Assembly (NCBI GenBank): GCA_964492045.1
Contig: CAZBHW010000012.1
Coordinates: 14,431 to 78,430, forward strand
DNA length: 64,000 bases
Reading direction: 5' to 3'
From: an uncultured Coxiellaceae bacterium
GTDB lineage: Bacteria > Pseudomonadota > Gammaproteobacteria > DSM-16500
The first letter of the stretch is position 1, and the number at the start of each line of letters is the position of its first letter. The translations under genes and the position numbers were made by a program. Below are positions 1 through 9,098 of this stretch, piece after piece. The notes below the pieces were generated by a model. The model had not been told where the DNA came from. It saw nothing but the letters and a program-made list of their open reading frames with translations, and did not search any database.

Positions 1-149
1 AACATTTCATATTCTGGCAATGTAGATGTTCGATAAAGTAAGTGGCTCATTGGCATGCCAGTTATATCAATTCCTGATTGTTTCATGCGAGATAATAAGT
101 CAGAGAAAAATTCCTGATAATTACCGATTAGTCTTTCAAGTTGGTTCAT
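1..149 (-). CDS. partial CDS (N-terminal 49 codons; the gene runs off the window start); weak YecM/VOC-fold resemblance
   Basis: The rc ATG at 147-149 has a GGAGAGG Shine-Dalgarno a few nt upstream. The frame MNQLERLIGNYQEFFSDLLSRMKQSGIDITGMPMSHLLYRTSTLPEYE stays open to position 1. It is absent from the ORF track because it is truncated. Confidence 0.4.
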   Translation of the reverse strand, partial: MNQLERLIGNYQEFFSDLLSRMKQSGIDITGMPMSHLLYRTSTLPEYEM

Positions 150-174
150 GATATTTGACCTCTCCATCTAATAT

Positions 175-702
175 CTATTTGTGTTTGGCGATCATTAACA
201 TCAATACTACCGGTTTACCTAAGGAATCTGTGCTGTTAATAATGGCATGCTCTTTAAAATTTAGCTTTTCATAACACCGTATTGCCGCGGTATTTGAAAT
301 ATCTGGATCAACAAGACAATACTGCTTGTTTGGCCATATATGTTGGTTCAGGAATGATTGTATGAGTTGACTACCGATACCCTTACCAATCATTTCTATA
401 TCGCCAATAAACAAATCCATTCCTGCTGCATTCTTTACTATATCTACTGTCAGATTTTGATTTGGCCAGGGGAAATCAACAATACTGTATTTCTGGACAT
501 AACCGGCAGGCTTAGCATCAATCAGGGCAATATAGCCGCTAACGGGCTGTTTACCTTCTATGTAGGGCTCTAGTTTTTTTAACACTTCCGCTTCTGTCCA
601 TTGTCGCAAAGAATAAAATCTTTGCACGTGAGGAAGATTAAACCAGCTATACATTTGTGCGATATCTGATAATAACAAAGGTCGAAAGGTGATATCTTTC
701 AT
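175..702 (-). CDS. GNAT-family N-acetyltransferase, AAC(6')/Acetyltransf_8-like
   Basis: 175-aa ORF with a GNAT motif A-like IGKGIGSQLI and C-terminal AIRCYEKLNF. Its start ATG overlaps the upstream stop (ATGA at 699-702). Confidence 0.8.
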   Translation of the reverse strand: MKDITFRPLLLSDIAQMYSWFNLPHVQRFYSLRQWTEAEVLKKLEPYIEGKQPVSGYIALIDAKPAGYVQKYSIVDFPWPNQNLTVDIVKNAAGMDLFIGDIEMIGKGIGSQLIQSFLNQHIWPNKQYCLVDPDISNTAAIRCYEKLNFKEHAIINSTDSLGKPVVLMLMIAKHK

Positions 703-1136
703 TGGGAGGAATCTCTAGGCATTAATTCTTTTTTTAAGAATATTCTGTAGTGATTGAATAAAGCTGTGTTAATGGTTCCTATTGGTTGATAACCGTGCTT
801 TTGATAAAATCCTTCAGCTTGAAATGAAAATGTATCTACGAATGAATATGAGCAGCCTCTTTTTATGCCTTCTAATTCTGCTGCTTTAATTAATTCACTT
901 CCGTATCCTTTTCCTCTTAAATTTTCATCAAGCCACATCAGAACTATATGTATCGATTCTGAGAATGAAACAGCAAATAATCCACCTTGAATCACATTTG
1001 AATCATCGCGCAAATAGATGCAAAATTCTTTGGGACTTTCGCCCAGTTGTTTGTTGTTGAATTGATTTATCCCCTTTTGAAGGACATCAATGTCACTGAG
1101 TGTTGGGTTGCAATCTAAATCGAGTTTAATATTCAT
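699..1136 (-). CDS. GNAT-family N-acetyltransferase (paralog of 1610-2035)
   Basis: 145-aa ORF with motif A LRGKGYGSELI and FYQKHGY near the C-terminus. There are ATGA overlaps at both ends (699-702, 1133-1136). Confidence 0.8.
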   Translation of the reverse strand: MNIKLDLDCNPTLSDIDVLQKGINQFNNKQLGESPKEFCIYLRDDSNVIQGGLFAVSFSESIHIVLMWLDENLRGKGYGSELIKAAELEGIKRGCSYSFVDTFSFQAEGFYQKHGYQPIGTINTALFNHYRIFLKKELMPRDSSQ

Positions 1137-1606
1137 ATTAATTTCTTTCGCATTAAGTAATTAATGAAATGCATACCGCCAAATAATTTGTTTTGTTCTT
1201 TACATACAGTAAAACCATTCAATTCAAAAAATGGTTTTGCTGTAATGCTAGCATCAGTCAGTAATTCTGCTATTGAGTGCTCTCTAGCTATCATCTCAAG
1301 ATTATGTAAAAGGTTAGATGCGATGCCTTTACCTTGATAATCTTTATGAACGTATAACCGATCAAGATAGCCTGAATAGGTAGTGTCGATAAAACCCACC
1401 AGTTTAGAGTTAACCTCCGCAACTAAAGAAATATTGTGTAGCAATGATTGCCATCTTTCTCCATGTGCGTCTATATTTTCAGGCGCCCATATCTGCAATT
1501 GATCCAGTGTATAATCTTTTGAATTGATGGCATGAACAGTGTCATGAAACAAACGAACACAAGCCTCAATATCATTGCTGGTTAGCTCTCTGACTTCAAT
1601 TAGCAT
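1133..1606 (-). CDS. GNAT-family N-acetyltransferase
   Basis: 157-aa ORF with motif A YQGKGIASNLL and FFELNGF. Confidence 0.8.
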   Translation of the reverse strand: MLIEVRELTSNDIEACVRLFHDTVHAINSKDYTLDQLQIWAPENIDAHGERWQSLLHNISLVAEVNSKLVGFIDTTYSGYLDRLYVHKDYQGKGIASNLLHNLEMIAREHSIAELLTDASITAKPFFELNGFTVCKEQNKLFGGMHFINYLMRKKLI

Positions 1607-1609
1607 TGA

Positions 1610-2035
1610 TTACGCCTTAATATCTTTTCTTAAAAAATAAAAGGTTGAATTTTTGTCAAATCCATTACGTTCAAACTCAACATAAAATCCTAACTTTTTA
1701 TAGAAATCCAGCGCTTCCCAATCCATTGTGTTTACCGCCATAAAGTTACAATCACTCTCTTTTGCTAACTTTTCTGCTGCCTGCATTAGCTTTGTTCCAT
1801 AACCTTGCCCGCGCAATTCTTCGGTAACCCAAAGCGAACCCACAAAAAGTGACCCGTACATGTTATCACCCGAACATCCGCCAATAATCTTTCCTGTTTC
1901 ATCACGAATAAAAAAAGCAAAGAAATCTAGTTGCTTCATTCCTTTTTTTTGTTTAGCTTGCTCCATGATGCCATCATTAAGAATTTGCACATCATCTGAA
2001 TTCGGATTTTTTTCATATTGAATTATATATTGCAT
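1610..2035 (-). CDS. GNAT-family N-acetyltransferase (paralog of 699-1136)
   Basis: 141-aa ORF with motif A LRGQGYGTKLM and FYKKLGF. It has the same overall layout as the 145-aa protein. TAATG overlap with the upstream gene at 2033-2037. Confidence 0.8.
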   Translation of the reverse strand: MQYIIQYEKNPNSDDVQILNDGIMEQAKQKKGMKQLDFFAFFIRDETGKIIGGCSGDNMYGSLFVGSLWVTEELRGQGYGTKLMQAAEKLAKESDCNFMAVNTMDWEALDFYKKLGFYVEFERNGFDKNSTFYFLRKDIKA

Positions 2036-2562
2036 TAGTCACCTATTGTTTTCGTTAGATAAAGCACCAAGTCATCATCTGCTGTGACGGATTCATTGTA
2101 TTTTACTGAGACATTCTTATAAAAAAGACCCTTTCCGTCTGGGACATAGTTAAGTTTTACATATAAGCGTTGAGCATTTCCATAATCAGCAGTCATCCCC
2201 ACACCAATACCCACCGTGCGATAACCTCGTTCATCAGCAAATTTCTCGCATTCCAAAATCAAACTTGTACCAATACCTTCGTTACGGTAATCAGGCAATA
2301 CATTCAAATCTGAAATTTCCGGTATATTTTGCGCATTAAAGTCTGGATAGTCAGAATGATATTTAAGTGTGACATAACCACAAAACTTGCCATCAACTTT
2401 GGCTACAATCACAGATCGTAGGTTATTTGACTGTTCATCCAGATAAGTCAGATAGGTGCTTTCTGGCTTACTCCAGCCAATTGATTTAAAGGCAGCGACA
2501 ATATCGCTAATATCTTCTTCAGTTAATAGTGCTAATACAGCTTTGCTATCGATGGATTTCAT
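2035..2562 (-). CDS. GNAT-family N-acetyltransferase
   Basis: 175-aa ORF with motif A YRNEGIGTSLI and LYVKLNY. ATGA overlap at 2559-2562. Confidence 0.8.
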   Translation of the reverse strand: MKSIDSKAVLALLTEEDISDIVAAFKSIGWSKPESTYLTYLDEQSNNLRSVIVAKVDGKFCGYVTLKYHSDYPDFNAQNIPEISDLNVLPDYRNEGIGTSLILECEKFADERGYRTVGIGVGMTADYGNAQRLYVKLNYVPDGKGLFYKNVSVKYNESVTADDDLVLYLTKTIGD

Positions 2563-3029
2563 AGCGGTATACTCATTACTGCCACACGGTGCCCTAACAG
2601 CTCATCATCGCCAATCATTTGCCAGCCTAGTCTTGCGTACCAGTTTGGTATAGTTGGGTCGAAGGCAAGAAGATATAAGGTTTCGTATTCCATGATTTTT
2701 GCCTGTGCCTTGATAGCGTCTATCAGTCTTTCACCAACTTTGGATTTACGACTTTTCGGGCAGACAACCAAACTACCTAGCCAAGGAGTCACGCCTGGTC
2801 GAATACCATCAGTTTCTCGGAGACAAGCAAGGCCAATGGGGTTTCCATCATCAATGGCAACAATCGCCATCGGCAACGCGCCAAGTTGAGCATGCTTGAC
2901 TAAAGATGCATGCGCTTTTTCAATGGATGCTTCTTTATTCCAGTGGCGGCTAATTTCTTCGTACCATAGTTTAGCCAGAGACGGTATGTGCTCCTGGCAT
3001 TCCTGTAAATACATTAATTCTATAGCCAT
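2559..3029 (-). CDS. GNAT-family N-acetyltransferase (first gene of the six-gene run)
   Basis: 156-aa ORF with a GNAT-like core VVCPKSRKSKVGERLI and WYARLGW. It is followed upstream by a 175-bp AT-rich divergent intergenic region. Confidence 0.7.
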   Translation of the reverse strand: MAIELMYLQECQEHIPSLAKLWYEEISRHWNKEASIEKAHASLVKHAQLGALPMAIVAIDDGNPIGLACLRETDGIRPGVTPWLGSLVVCPKSRKSKVGERLIDAIKAQAKIMEYETLYLLAFDPTIPNWYARLGWQMIGDDELLGHRVAVMSIPL

Positions 3030-3204
3030 AACGATTCCAAAACAGATTAGATTGGTCTAAACCTGCACACTAAATGGGTAGGGGCGACGTTTTTAGTCAG
3101 TTAAATGTAACATACTCCTGAATGATACACATACCGTATAAGTACAGTATTCGTAGATCTTAATTTAATTATATAATATAAAAATCAATAGCATAATGTG
3201 ATTT

Positions 3205-4005
3205 ATGATCGATTCAATTCAACTTACCACTGCTGGTTTGCGCAGTGGCGATACTATAATGCTTCATGCCTCGGTGCGATCAATTGGCAAAGAGGCTAGT
3301 AGTCCTATACAGGTTATAAAGAGTCTTCTAGATGCCATAGGTCCAACTGGTACATTAATGATGTATGTCGGGTGTGACCCAAAGTTTGAAGCAATAGGGA
3401 GAGGTAAATTAACTAAAACGCAAGAAGAAGCACTGTTATCGAGCTGCCCCATCTTTGATCCGCAAATTACACCGGCGAGGAAAGATTACGGAATTCTTGC
3501 TGAATATTTCCGCCAATTGCCTGGCGTAGTTTGCAGTGTTAACCCAGGTGCCAGAATAGCAGCGATTGGGGCAAAGGCAAAAGAGATAACAACAGACCAT
3601 GCACTGCAATATGGATATGGTACTGAATCACCTCTGGCAAGATTATGTGATTTGCATGGTAAGGTGCTCTTGCTAGGTTCTGACCTCGATCAAGTAACCT
3701 TGCTTCATTATGCCGAACATATTGCACCTATTAGCAACAAAAGAATTGTCAGGTTCAAAGTTCCGCTGAAGGTAGACGGCGTGCGTACCTGGGTTGAAAT
3801 GGAAGAGTATGATACCAGTGTTGGTATAAAATCATGGCCGGAACGTTTCTTTTCCAGAATTGTTGAGAATTATATTTCGGAATGTAATGTCTCTTCACAG
3901 CAAGTAGGTTTAGCAAAATCATATTTGCTAGATGCAGAAAATCTGGTTAATTACGCAGTAAAAATCATGATTCAAGAAGCCGAAAAACTTGATAGGCAAT
4001 TTTGA
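3205..4005 (+). CDS. AAC(3)-family (Antibiotic_NAT) aminoglycoside 3-N-acetyltransferase-like protein
   Basis: 266 aa. Contains IMLHASVRSIG, VLLLGSDLDQVTLLHYAEHIA and the overall length typical of the AAC(3) family. Confidence 0.8.
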   Translation: MIDSIQLTTAGLRSGDTIMLHASVRSIGKEASSPIQVIKSLLDAIGPTGTLMMYVGCDPKFEAIGRGKLTKTQEEALLSSCPIFDPQITPARKDYGILAEYFRQLPGVVCSVNPGARIAAIGAKAKEITTDHALQYGYGTESPLARLCDLHGKVLLLGSDLDQVTLLHYAEHIAPISNKRIVRFKVPLKVDGVRTWVEMEEYDTSVGIKSWPERFFSRIVENYISECNVSSQQVGLAKSYLLDAENLVNYAVKIMIQEAEKLDRQF

Positions 4006-4024
4006 TAAATGAGGAATCCATAAC

Positions 4025-4840
4025 ATGTCATCTGAAAAATACATGATTGAAATAGCCAAAGGCGGTTCAGTTGGGTTAGGTAAGCTGGATTATTTATACA
4101 ATCCCACTACACAAGAATTTCTACTTAAATCTGGCTTGAAGTCTGGCATGAAAGTACTCGATATAGGCTGTGGCTCTGGAGTGATGACGTGCTGGATCGC
4201 AAATCAAATTGGAAATGATGGATTATCAATTGGTATTGAAAATGATGAGAACCAACTTAACGCTGCCATTCATCGTGCGCAAGAGGAGAAATTATCTAAT
4301 ACTAAATTTGTGCTGTGTTCCGCTTATGATCTAGAGCAGCTAGGCGAACAATTCGACTTTGTGTATTGTAGATTTCTGCTTCATCATTTGCACGATGTGA
4401 AAAGAGTCATCGAAAAAATATATCAAATATTGAAGCCAGGTGGAATTTATGCGGCAGAAGAAGGTATCGTGAACTACGCTTTCACCTATCCGCACTCAGA
4501 TGCTTGGGGTAACGAAGAAACACGATTGCCTCCTGTTTGGACTGATTACCCAGTCGGAAATAGGGATCCAAATGTTGGTGTAAAGCTGGTAACTAAAATG
4601 AAACAAGCTGGGTTTACAGTAGATCAGGCAAAAATTATTCATCCAGTAATGATAACGAGAGATGAAAAAAAACTACTATTACTAGGCATTGAAGAGTTTA
4701 AACCCTTCTTCTTGTCTCAAGGCTACACTGAAACAGATTGGCAGAATCATGTTTTGCAAACACAAGCAATTGTTGATAATGATGAGCAGATAGCTGCTTT
4801 CTATGGTAGTTGCCAAGTATCAGGAAAGAAGCATAGATAA
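4025..4840 (+). CDS. class I SAM-dependent methyltransferase
   Basis: 271 aa with SAM motif I VLDIGCGSGV and post-I/II motifs (FDFVYCRFLLHHL, LKPGG). GAGGAA RBS upstream. Confidence 0.8.
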   Translation: MSSEKYMIEIAKGGSVGLGKLDYLYNPTTQEFLLKSGLKSGMKVLDIGCGSGVMTCWIANQIGNDGLSIGIENDENQLNAAIHRAQEEKLSNTKFVLCSAYDLEQLGEQFDFVYCRFLLHHLHDVKRVIEKIYQILKPGGIYAAEEGIVNYAFTYPHSDAWGNEETRLPPVWTDYPVGNRDPNVGVKLVTKMKQAGFTVDQAKIIHPVMITRDEKKLLLLGIEEFKPFFLSQGYTETDWQNHVLQTQAIVDNDEQIAAFYGSCQVSGKKHR

Positions 4841-4854
4841 TTCGGTAATTAATA

Positions 4855-6708
4855 ATGAATGATGAATTGAAATCGCGAATCTCACATTACAACATGCTTG
4901 CTAGAGAATTTAGCAATTTAAGTGATGAGGAAGTGTTATCTCTAATAGAGACAGCTAGTCATTTAGGAACGAGTATAGGAGGATCATCGTCAGTACTAAC
5001 AATAAAACAGGTACCTATATTTATTAAGAAGATTAAGCTAAGTGATATAGAAAAGACTAATAAATATTCTACACGTAATATTTACAATCTACCATTGTGC
5101 TATCAATATGGCGTCGGTTCAACCGGATTCGGTGCCTGGAGAGAATTGGCAGCGCATCAAATGACAACTGAATGGGTAATCAATAATGAATGTATTAATT
5201 TTCCATTATTGTATCACTACAGAATTCTACCTTGTCAGAAGTCTGAAATTTCCGCTAGTGTTTCACAGAAAATTGAGCAAGATGTTGCTTATTGGGAAGG
5301 TTCACAAGCTATACGAGAAAGATTGATTACAAGGTATGAAGCAAGTTCAGAAATCATTTTATTTCTCGAGTATTTTCCGGAAAACTTATATCAATGGTTT
5401 AGTAAGCAAATAAAGCTGGGAAATGATGAAGCGATTTCATCATCCAGAATGATTGAGCGAGAGCTGCAATCAACCATAAAATTTATGGGCGATAATGGCC
5501 TACTTCACATGGATGCGCATTTCCGGAATATTTTAACAGATGGAAGTCATCTATATTTCTCTGATTTTGGTCTCGCGCTGTCAAATAAGTTTGAATTGGC
5601 TGACGAAGAAATAAAATTTTATGAATCTCATCGAGATTATGATTATTGTAGTGCAGCGACTAATTTCCTTTATGCTATTATAACAGGATTATTTGGAAAC
5701 GACGATTGGATTAATAATCTTAAAAAATCTATTGATGCTAAAAATTCATTACCAGTTGAAATAAAAACTGTAATCTCATATTACTCGCCTGTAGCGATTA
5801 AAATGGATGAGTTTTTTCGCCGTCTTCAGTCATCTTCGAAAGATACACCATTCAAGATGGGAACTAGTGCGAAAGTATTATTCGATCGAATTAATCACTG
5901 TGAAATAACTGAAGCACAAATCGATCTATGCACGAGTATGCTTAAAAATATATTTGGATCTGATCTGCTTGGCGTTTTTCTATATGGATCTTCAGTTATA
6001 GGCGGCTTGCAGAAATACAGCGATATTGATTTACTTGTCGTGATAAACCGAGCTACTAATCAAAAAGAAAAATCAGACTTGGTTACTAGTTTACTCAATA
6101 TCTCAGGCATATATATGAAAGATGATAAACCGCCAATAGAGTTAACAATCATCAATCATACTTCTGTAAACCCCTGGAAATATCCACCACACTTTGATTT
6201 TCAATATGGCGAATGGTTACGTAAAGAATTTGAAGCAGGCACCATAGAACCTTGGCCAACAAAAGAGATGCCAGACCTTGCTATTCTTATTACTCAAGTT
6301 TTATTAGCCCATAAAATTTTATATGGTAAGAGTCCTGAACAACTACTTGATAAAATACCATATCGTGATTTTATGAGGGCTACTACGCATTCTTTGCCTG
6401 GCTTGATGGCAGAATTGTATAGTGATACCCGCAATGTGCTTTTAGCCTTAGCCCGTATCTGGAATACCGTTGAAACTGATTTCATTCTGGCAAAACCTGT
6501 TGCTGCGGATTGGGCGATTGAACGCTTACCAGAAAATCATCAAGCAGTGATGCAAAGAGCTAAGGATATTTGCATTGGTGTACATGATGAGTATTGGGGA
6601 GATGTGAGTACATCTATCCAACCATGTGCCGATTATATGTTATGTCAAATTACCAACAAGATTTCGTCCAGTGATTTCGCCACTAAAAATATTGGAATTT
6701 TTAAATGA
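4855..6708 (+). CDS. fusion protein: N-terminal protein-kinase-like fold plus C-terminal ANT(3'')/AadA-like aminoglycoside nucleotidyltransferase
   Basis: aa 1-330 carry kinase-like motifs: GTSIGGSSS, a Lys in FIKKIKL, catalytic-loop-like HMDAHFRNIL and SDFGLA. From about aa 335 to 617 the protein reads like AadA: LYGSSVIGGLQKYSDIDLLVV, FDFQYGEWLR, DLAILITQ, LALARIWNT, AADWAIERLP. Confidence 0.75.
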   Translation: MNDELKSRISHYNMLAREFSNLSDEEVLSLIETASHLGTSIGGSSSVLTIKQVPIFIKKIKLSDIEKTNKYSTRNIYNLPLCYQYGVGSTGFGAWRELAAHQMTTEWVINNECINFPLLYHYRILPCQKSEISASVSQKIEQDVAYWEGSQAIRERLITRYEASSEIILFLEYFPENLYQWFSKQIKLGNDEAISSSRMIERELQSTIKFMGDNGLLHMDAHFRNILTDGSHLYFSDFGLALSNKFELADEEIKFYESHRDYDYCSAATNFLYAIITGLFGNDDWINNLKKSIDAKNSLPVEIKTVISYYSPVAIKMDEFFRRLQSSSKDTPFKMGTSAKVLFDRINHCEITEAQIDLCTSMLKNIFGSDLLGVFLYGSSVIGGLQKYSDIDLLVVINRATNQKEKSDLVTSLLNISGIYMKDDKPPIELTIINHTSVNPWKYPPHFDFQYGEWLRKEFEAGTIEPWPTKEMPDLAILITQVLLAHKILYGKSPEQLLDKIPYRDFMRATTHSLPGLMAELYSDTRNVLLALARIWNTVETDFILAKPVAADWAIERLPENHQAVMQRAKDICIGVHDEYWGDVSTSIQPCADYMLCQITNKISSSDFATKNIGIFK

Positions 6709-6990
6709 AGAAATACTAGCTGGTGGCGATACTATCCATACCAAGAATCAAATCAAATTCCGTGGTCTAGTATAAGAACGATCCATACTCATCTACGAAG
6801 ATGTAGATGAAGCGTCTATCCAAGTATTTTTTTTATTGCGGCATTCAAGATTTTTTTGGGTATTGCTGCTTGATTAAATGTGATGTTACAGAAGGATTAA
6901 ACACCACTATCAAAAACTATCGATACAATTCATAGGTTATAGGGTGTTGTTATAATTACTTCCAGTGGCGTATTAATTTTGGAATCATTG

Positions 6991-7893
6991 TTATTCGATT
7001 AACGAATCTCTAAATGATTTCTTCAGTATCTCCTTAACAAGCCATCGATGTGCCTTATTATTGTTTTCGCTATTCCAGCCAATATAAAAAACACTGTCTG
7101 CTTTTGGTTTTTCAACTTCTTTGATAACAAGTTGGGACATGTGAACTTCATTGGTAATTAGATTGGCCGGAAGAAAACCTACACCAAGCTGCATAATTTG
7201 AGCTTGCTTCTTTAATGCCAAGCTGGAAAAAGTAATGGTTGATTGATCAATGGCTGGGAAAGAGGCTTGCTGTTCAAAACGCTGAGAAGAATCTCTAGCA
7301 TATACGGAATAATATTTCTCTATGAGCGCTGAATCTATCGGCTCAGGAATGGAAGCGAGTGGGTGGTCAGGAGTGACGGCAAAGACGAATTTTACTTTTC
7401 CGATCATTTCAAATGTGTATTCTTGACGTTGTGGTAGTCGGCCGGATGCACCAATCACAATGTCTACATAGTTATTTATTAGTGCATGGGTACAGCCACC
7501 CATTACCTCACTGAATATTTCGAGGTTGACTGCTGGGCATGCAAGTTGAAAACGCTTGATGAGATCAAAAATAGGTTGAGCATTCATCGCTTCATCATAA
7601 GCAATACGTATTACAGTTTCCCAGCCGCTAGCGGCGGATTTAACATTATCTTCTATTTGCTTACTGAGCTTTAAAAGATGTCGACCTTGTTCAAGCAGGA
7701 CTCTACCAGCGATCGTAAATTCAGCGCGATGCTTACTTCGATCGAAGATTTGCGTTCCTGTGACATTTTCATAGGTACGAATATTGTAAGTTAATGCTGA
7801 GCGTACTTTATGAAGCTCTTGTGCAGCAGCTTCAAAACTGCCATTTCTATCGATGGCATCCAGAATTTGTATCAGATCAAGGGTGATTGTCAT
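6991..7893 (-). CDS. LysR-family transcriptional regulator
   Basis: 300 aa with an N-terminal wHTH (FEAAAQELHKVRSALTYNIRTYE) and a LysR substrate-binding domain of typical length. It is divergent from the NAT gene. Confidence 0.85.
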   Translation of the reverse strand: MTITLDLIQILDAIDRNGSFEAAAQELHKVRSALTYNIRTYENVTGTQIFDRSKHRAEFTIAGRVLLEQGRHLLKLSKQIEDNVKSAASGWETVIRIAYDEAMNAQPIFDLIKRFQLACPAVNLEIFSEVMGGCTHALINNYVDIVIGASGRLPQRQEYTFEMIGKVKFVFAVTPDHPLASIPEPIDSALIEKYYSVYARDSSQRFEQQASFPAIDQSTITFSSLALKKQAQIMQLGVGFLPANLITNEVHMSQLVIKEVEKPKADSVFYIGWNSENNNKAHRWLVKEILKKSFRDSLIE

Positions 7894-7965
7894 TGTTTAA
7901 ATTCCTTGAACAACTTGTTAAGAAATCTTCGCTTACAGTCATCATTCTATTTAATTATAGTCTAA

Positions 7966-7984
7966 ATATCAGATAGTTGGATAT
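7966..7984. promoter_or_regulatory. candidate LysR box (ATATC-N9-GATAT, T-N11-A type dyad)
   Basis: The sequence atatcagatagttggatat lies in the 133-bp divergent lysR/NAT intergenic region. Confidence 0.3.
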
Positions 7985-8026
7985 TGAAATTCTAAATAAA
8001 TAATTGAACGAAGCAGGGGTAAAACA

Positions 8027-9010
8027 ATGAAAGATAGAACAAAATTGTTATCAAAAGCGCAATTAGAGCAGTACCTCACACGAATTAATTATACGGCTCC
8101 TAATGCGAAAGAGATGGTTGCTAATTTAAAACTATTACAGGAACTGCATGAATGTCACGTTTTCTCTATCCCATTTGAAAATATCTCTATGCATTTACCT
8201 GAAGCCGTAAAGATAGACATTGAAAGCCTCCACAGCAAGATTATTTCAACTACAGATAACACTAAACGTGGTGGCTATTGTTATGAAATGAATGCACTAT
8301 TTTTCGCATTATTGAACGATCTTGGCTTTGACGTTGAATTGCACCTTGCAGAGTTATCTCAGGATGGAATTTTTAATCACGACGGATCACCAACGCATGC
8401 TATCAATATTGTGACGATAGAAGATAAGAAATACTTGGTAGACGTCGCCTACGGTCGCAATGCTTTGATTCATCCCATCGCACTCGATCTTGAAAGTGAT
8501 TTAATCGTATATTCAACTTCATACTCAATTAAATCCTACTCTAAAAATGAATACGTATATGGTGTTAATTATGGCGGCCTGTTTCATCCTGAATATCGAT
8601 TTGATCTAACCATGCGACCTTTAAATATAGGCGATTTACAAGCCTATAGTGATCGGCTGTCTATCGATGAATCGTCACCGCTATATAAGACTGTCTTGAT
8701 ATCGAAACCAACGAAATATGGTCGTATTACCTTGAATAATGCATATCTAAAGGTAATTGATTCAGTAAACGGAAATTTCACGCAATGCTTATCAGATAGC
8801 ACAACCTACTGCGATACTTTAAATAGCTTGGATGTGACCCTCTCTCGATCAGACATAGCGATATTATTCGAAAAAGTAATCGCTAACACGACATCTTCTT
8901 CACTTCCTTTAAGTAAAAGCATGTCCAGCCTCCGAAGCAATAGTCTCTTCGGATTGATGACGACTGAGAAGGAGAGTAGTGAAATGATATATAAAAATGG
9001 TCTTCTATAA
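8027..9010 (+). CDS. arylamine N-acetyltransferase (NAT family) with a Ser-rich C-terminal extension
   Basis: 327 aa with NAT Cys-His-Asp triad context: RGGYCYEMNALF (Cys), PTHAINIV (His), LVDVAYG (Asp). Confidence 0.8.
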   Translation: MKDRTKLLSKAQLEQYLTRINYTAPNAKEMVANLKLLQELHECHVFSIPFENISMHLPEAVKIDIESLHSKIISTTDNTKRGGYCYEMNALFFALLNDLGFDVELHLAELSQDGIFNHDGSPTHAINIVTIEDKKYLVDVAYGRNALIHPIALDLESDLIVYSTSYSIKSYSKNEYVYGVNYGGLFHPEYRFDLTMRPLNIGDLQAYSDRLSIDESSPLYKTVLISKPTKYGRITLNNAYLKVIDSVNGNFTQCLSDSTTYCDTLNSLDVTLSRSDIAILFEKVIANTTSSSLPLSKSMSSLRSNSLFGLMTTEKESSEMIYKNGLL

Positions 9011-9098
9011 ATCGCAAATAGGGTAAAAACAACTCTATTTATGATTTTATGAATATGAAAGAATTTGATCAGAAACCGATAATTATAATAGGCATACC

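Noticed and set aside
6709-6990. The hairpin tcatctac-gaagat-gtagatga (about 6800-6822) was considered as a terminator for the kinase::ANT gene.
   Set aside because: The stem is only 8 bp and AT-rich, and the T-run lies about 15 nt downstream rather than adjacent. That is too weak to call.
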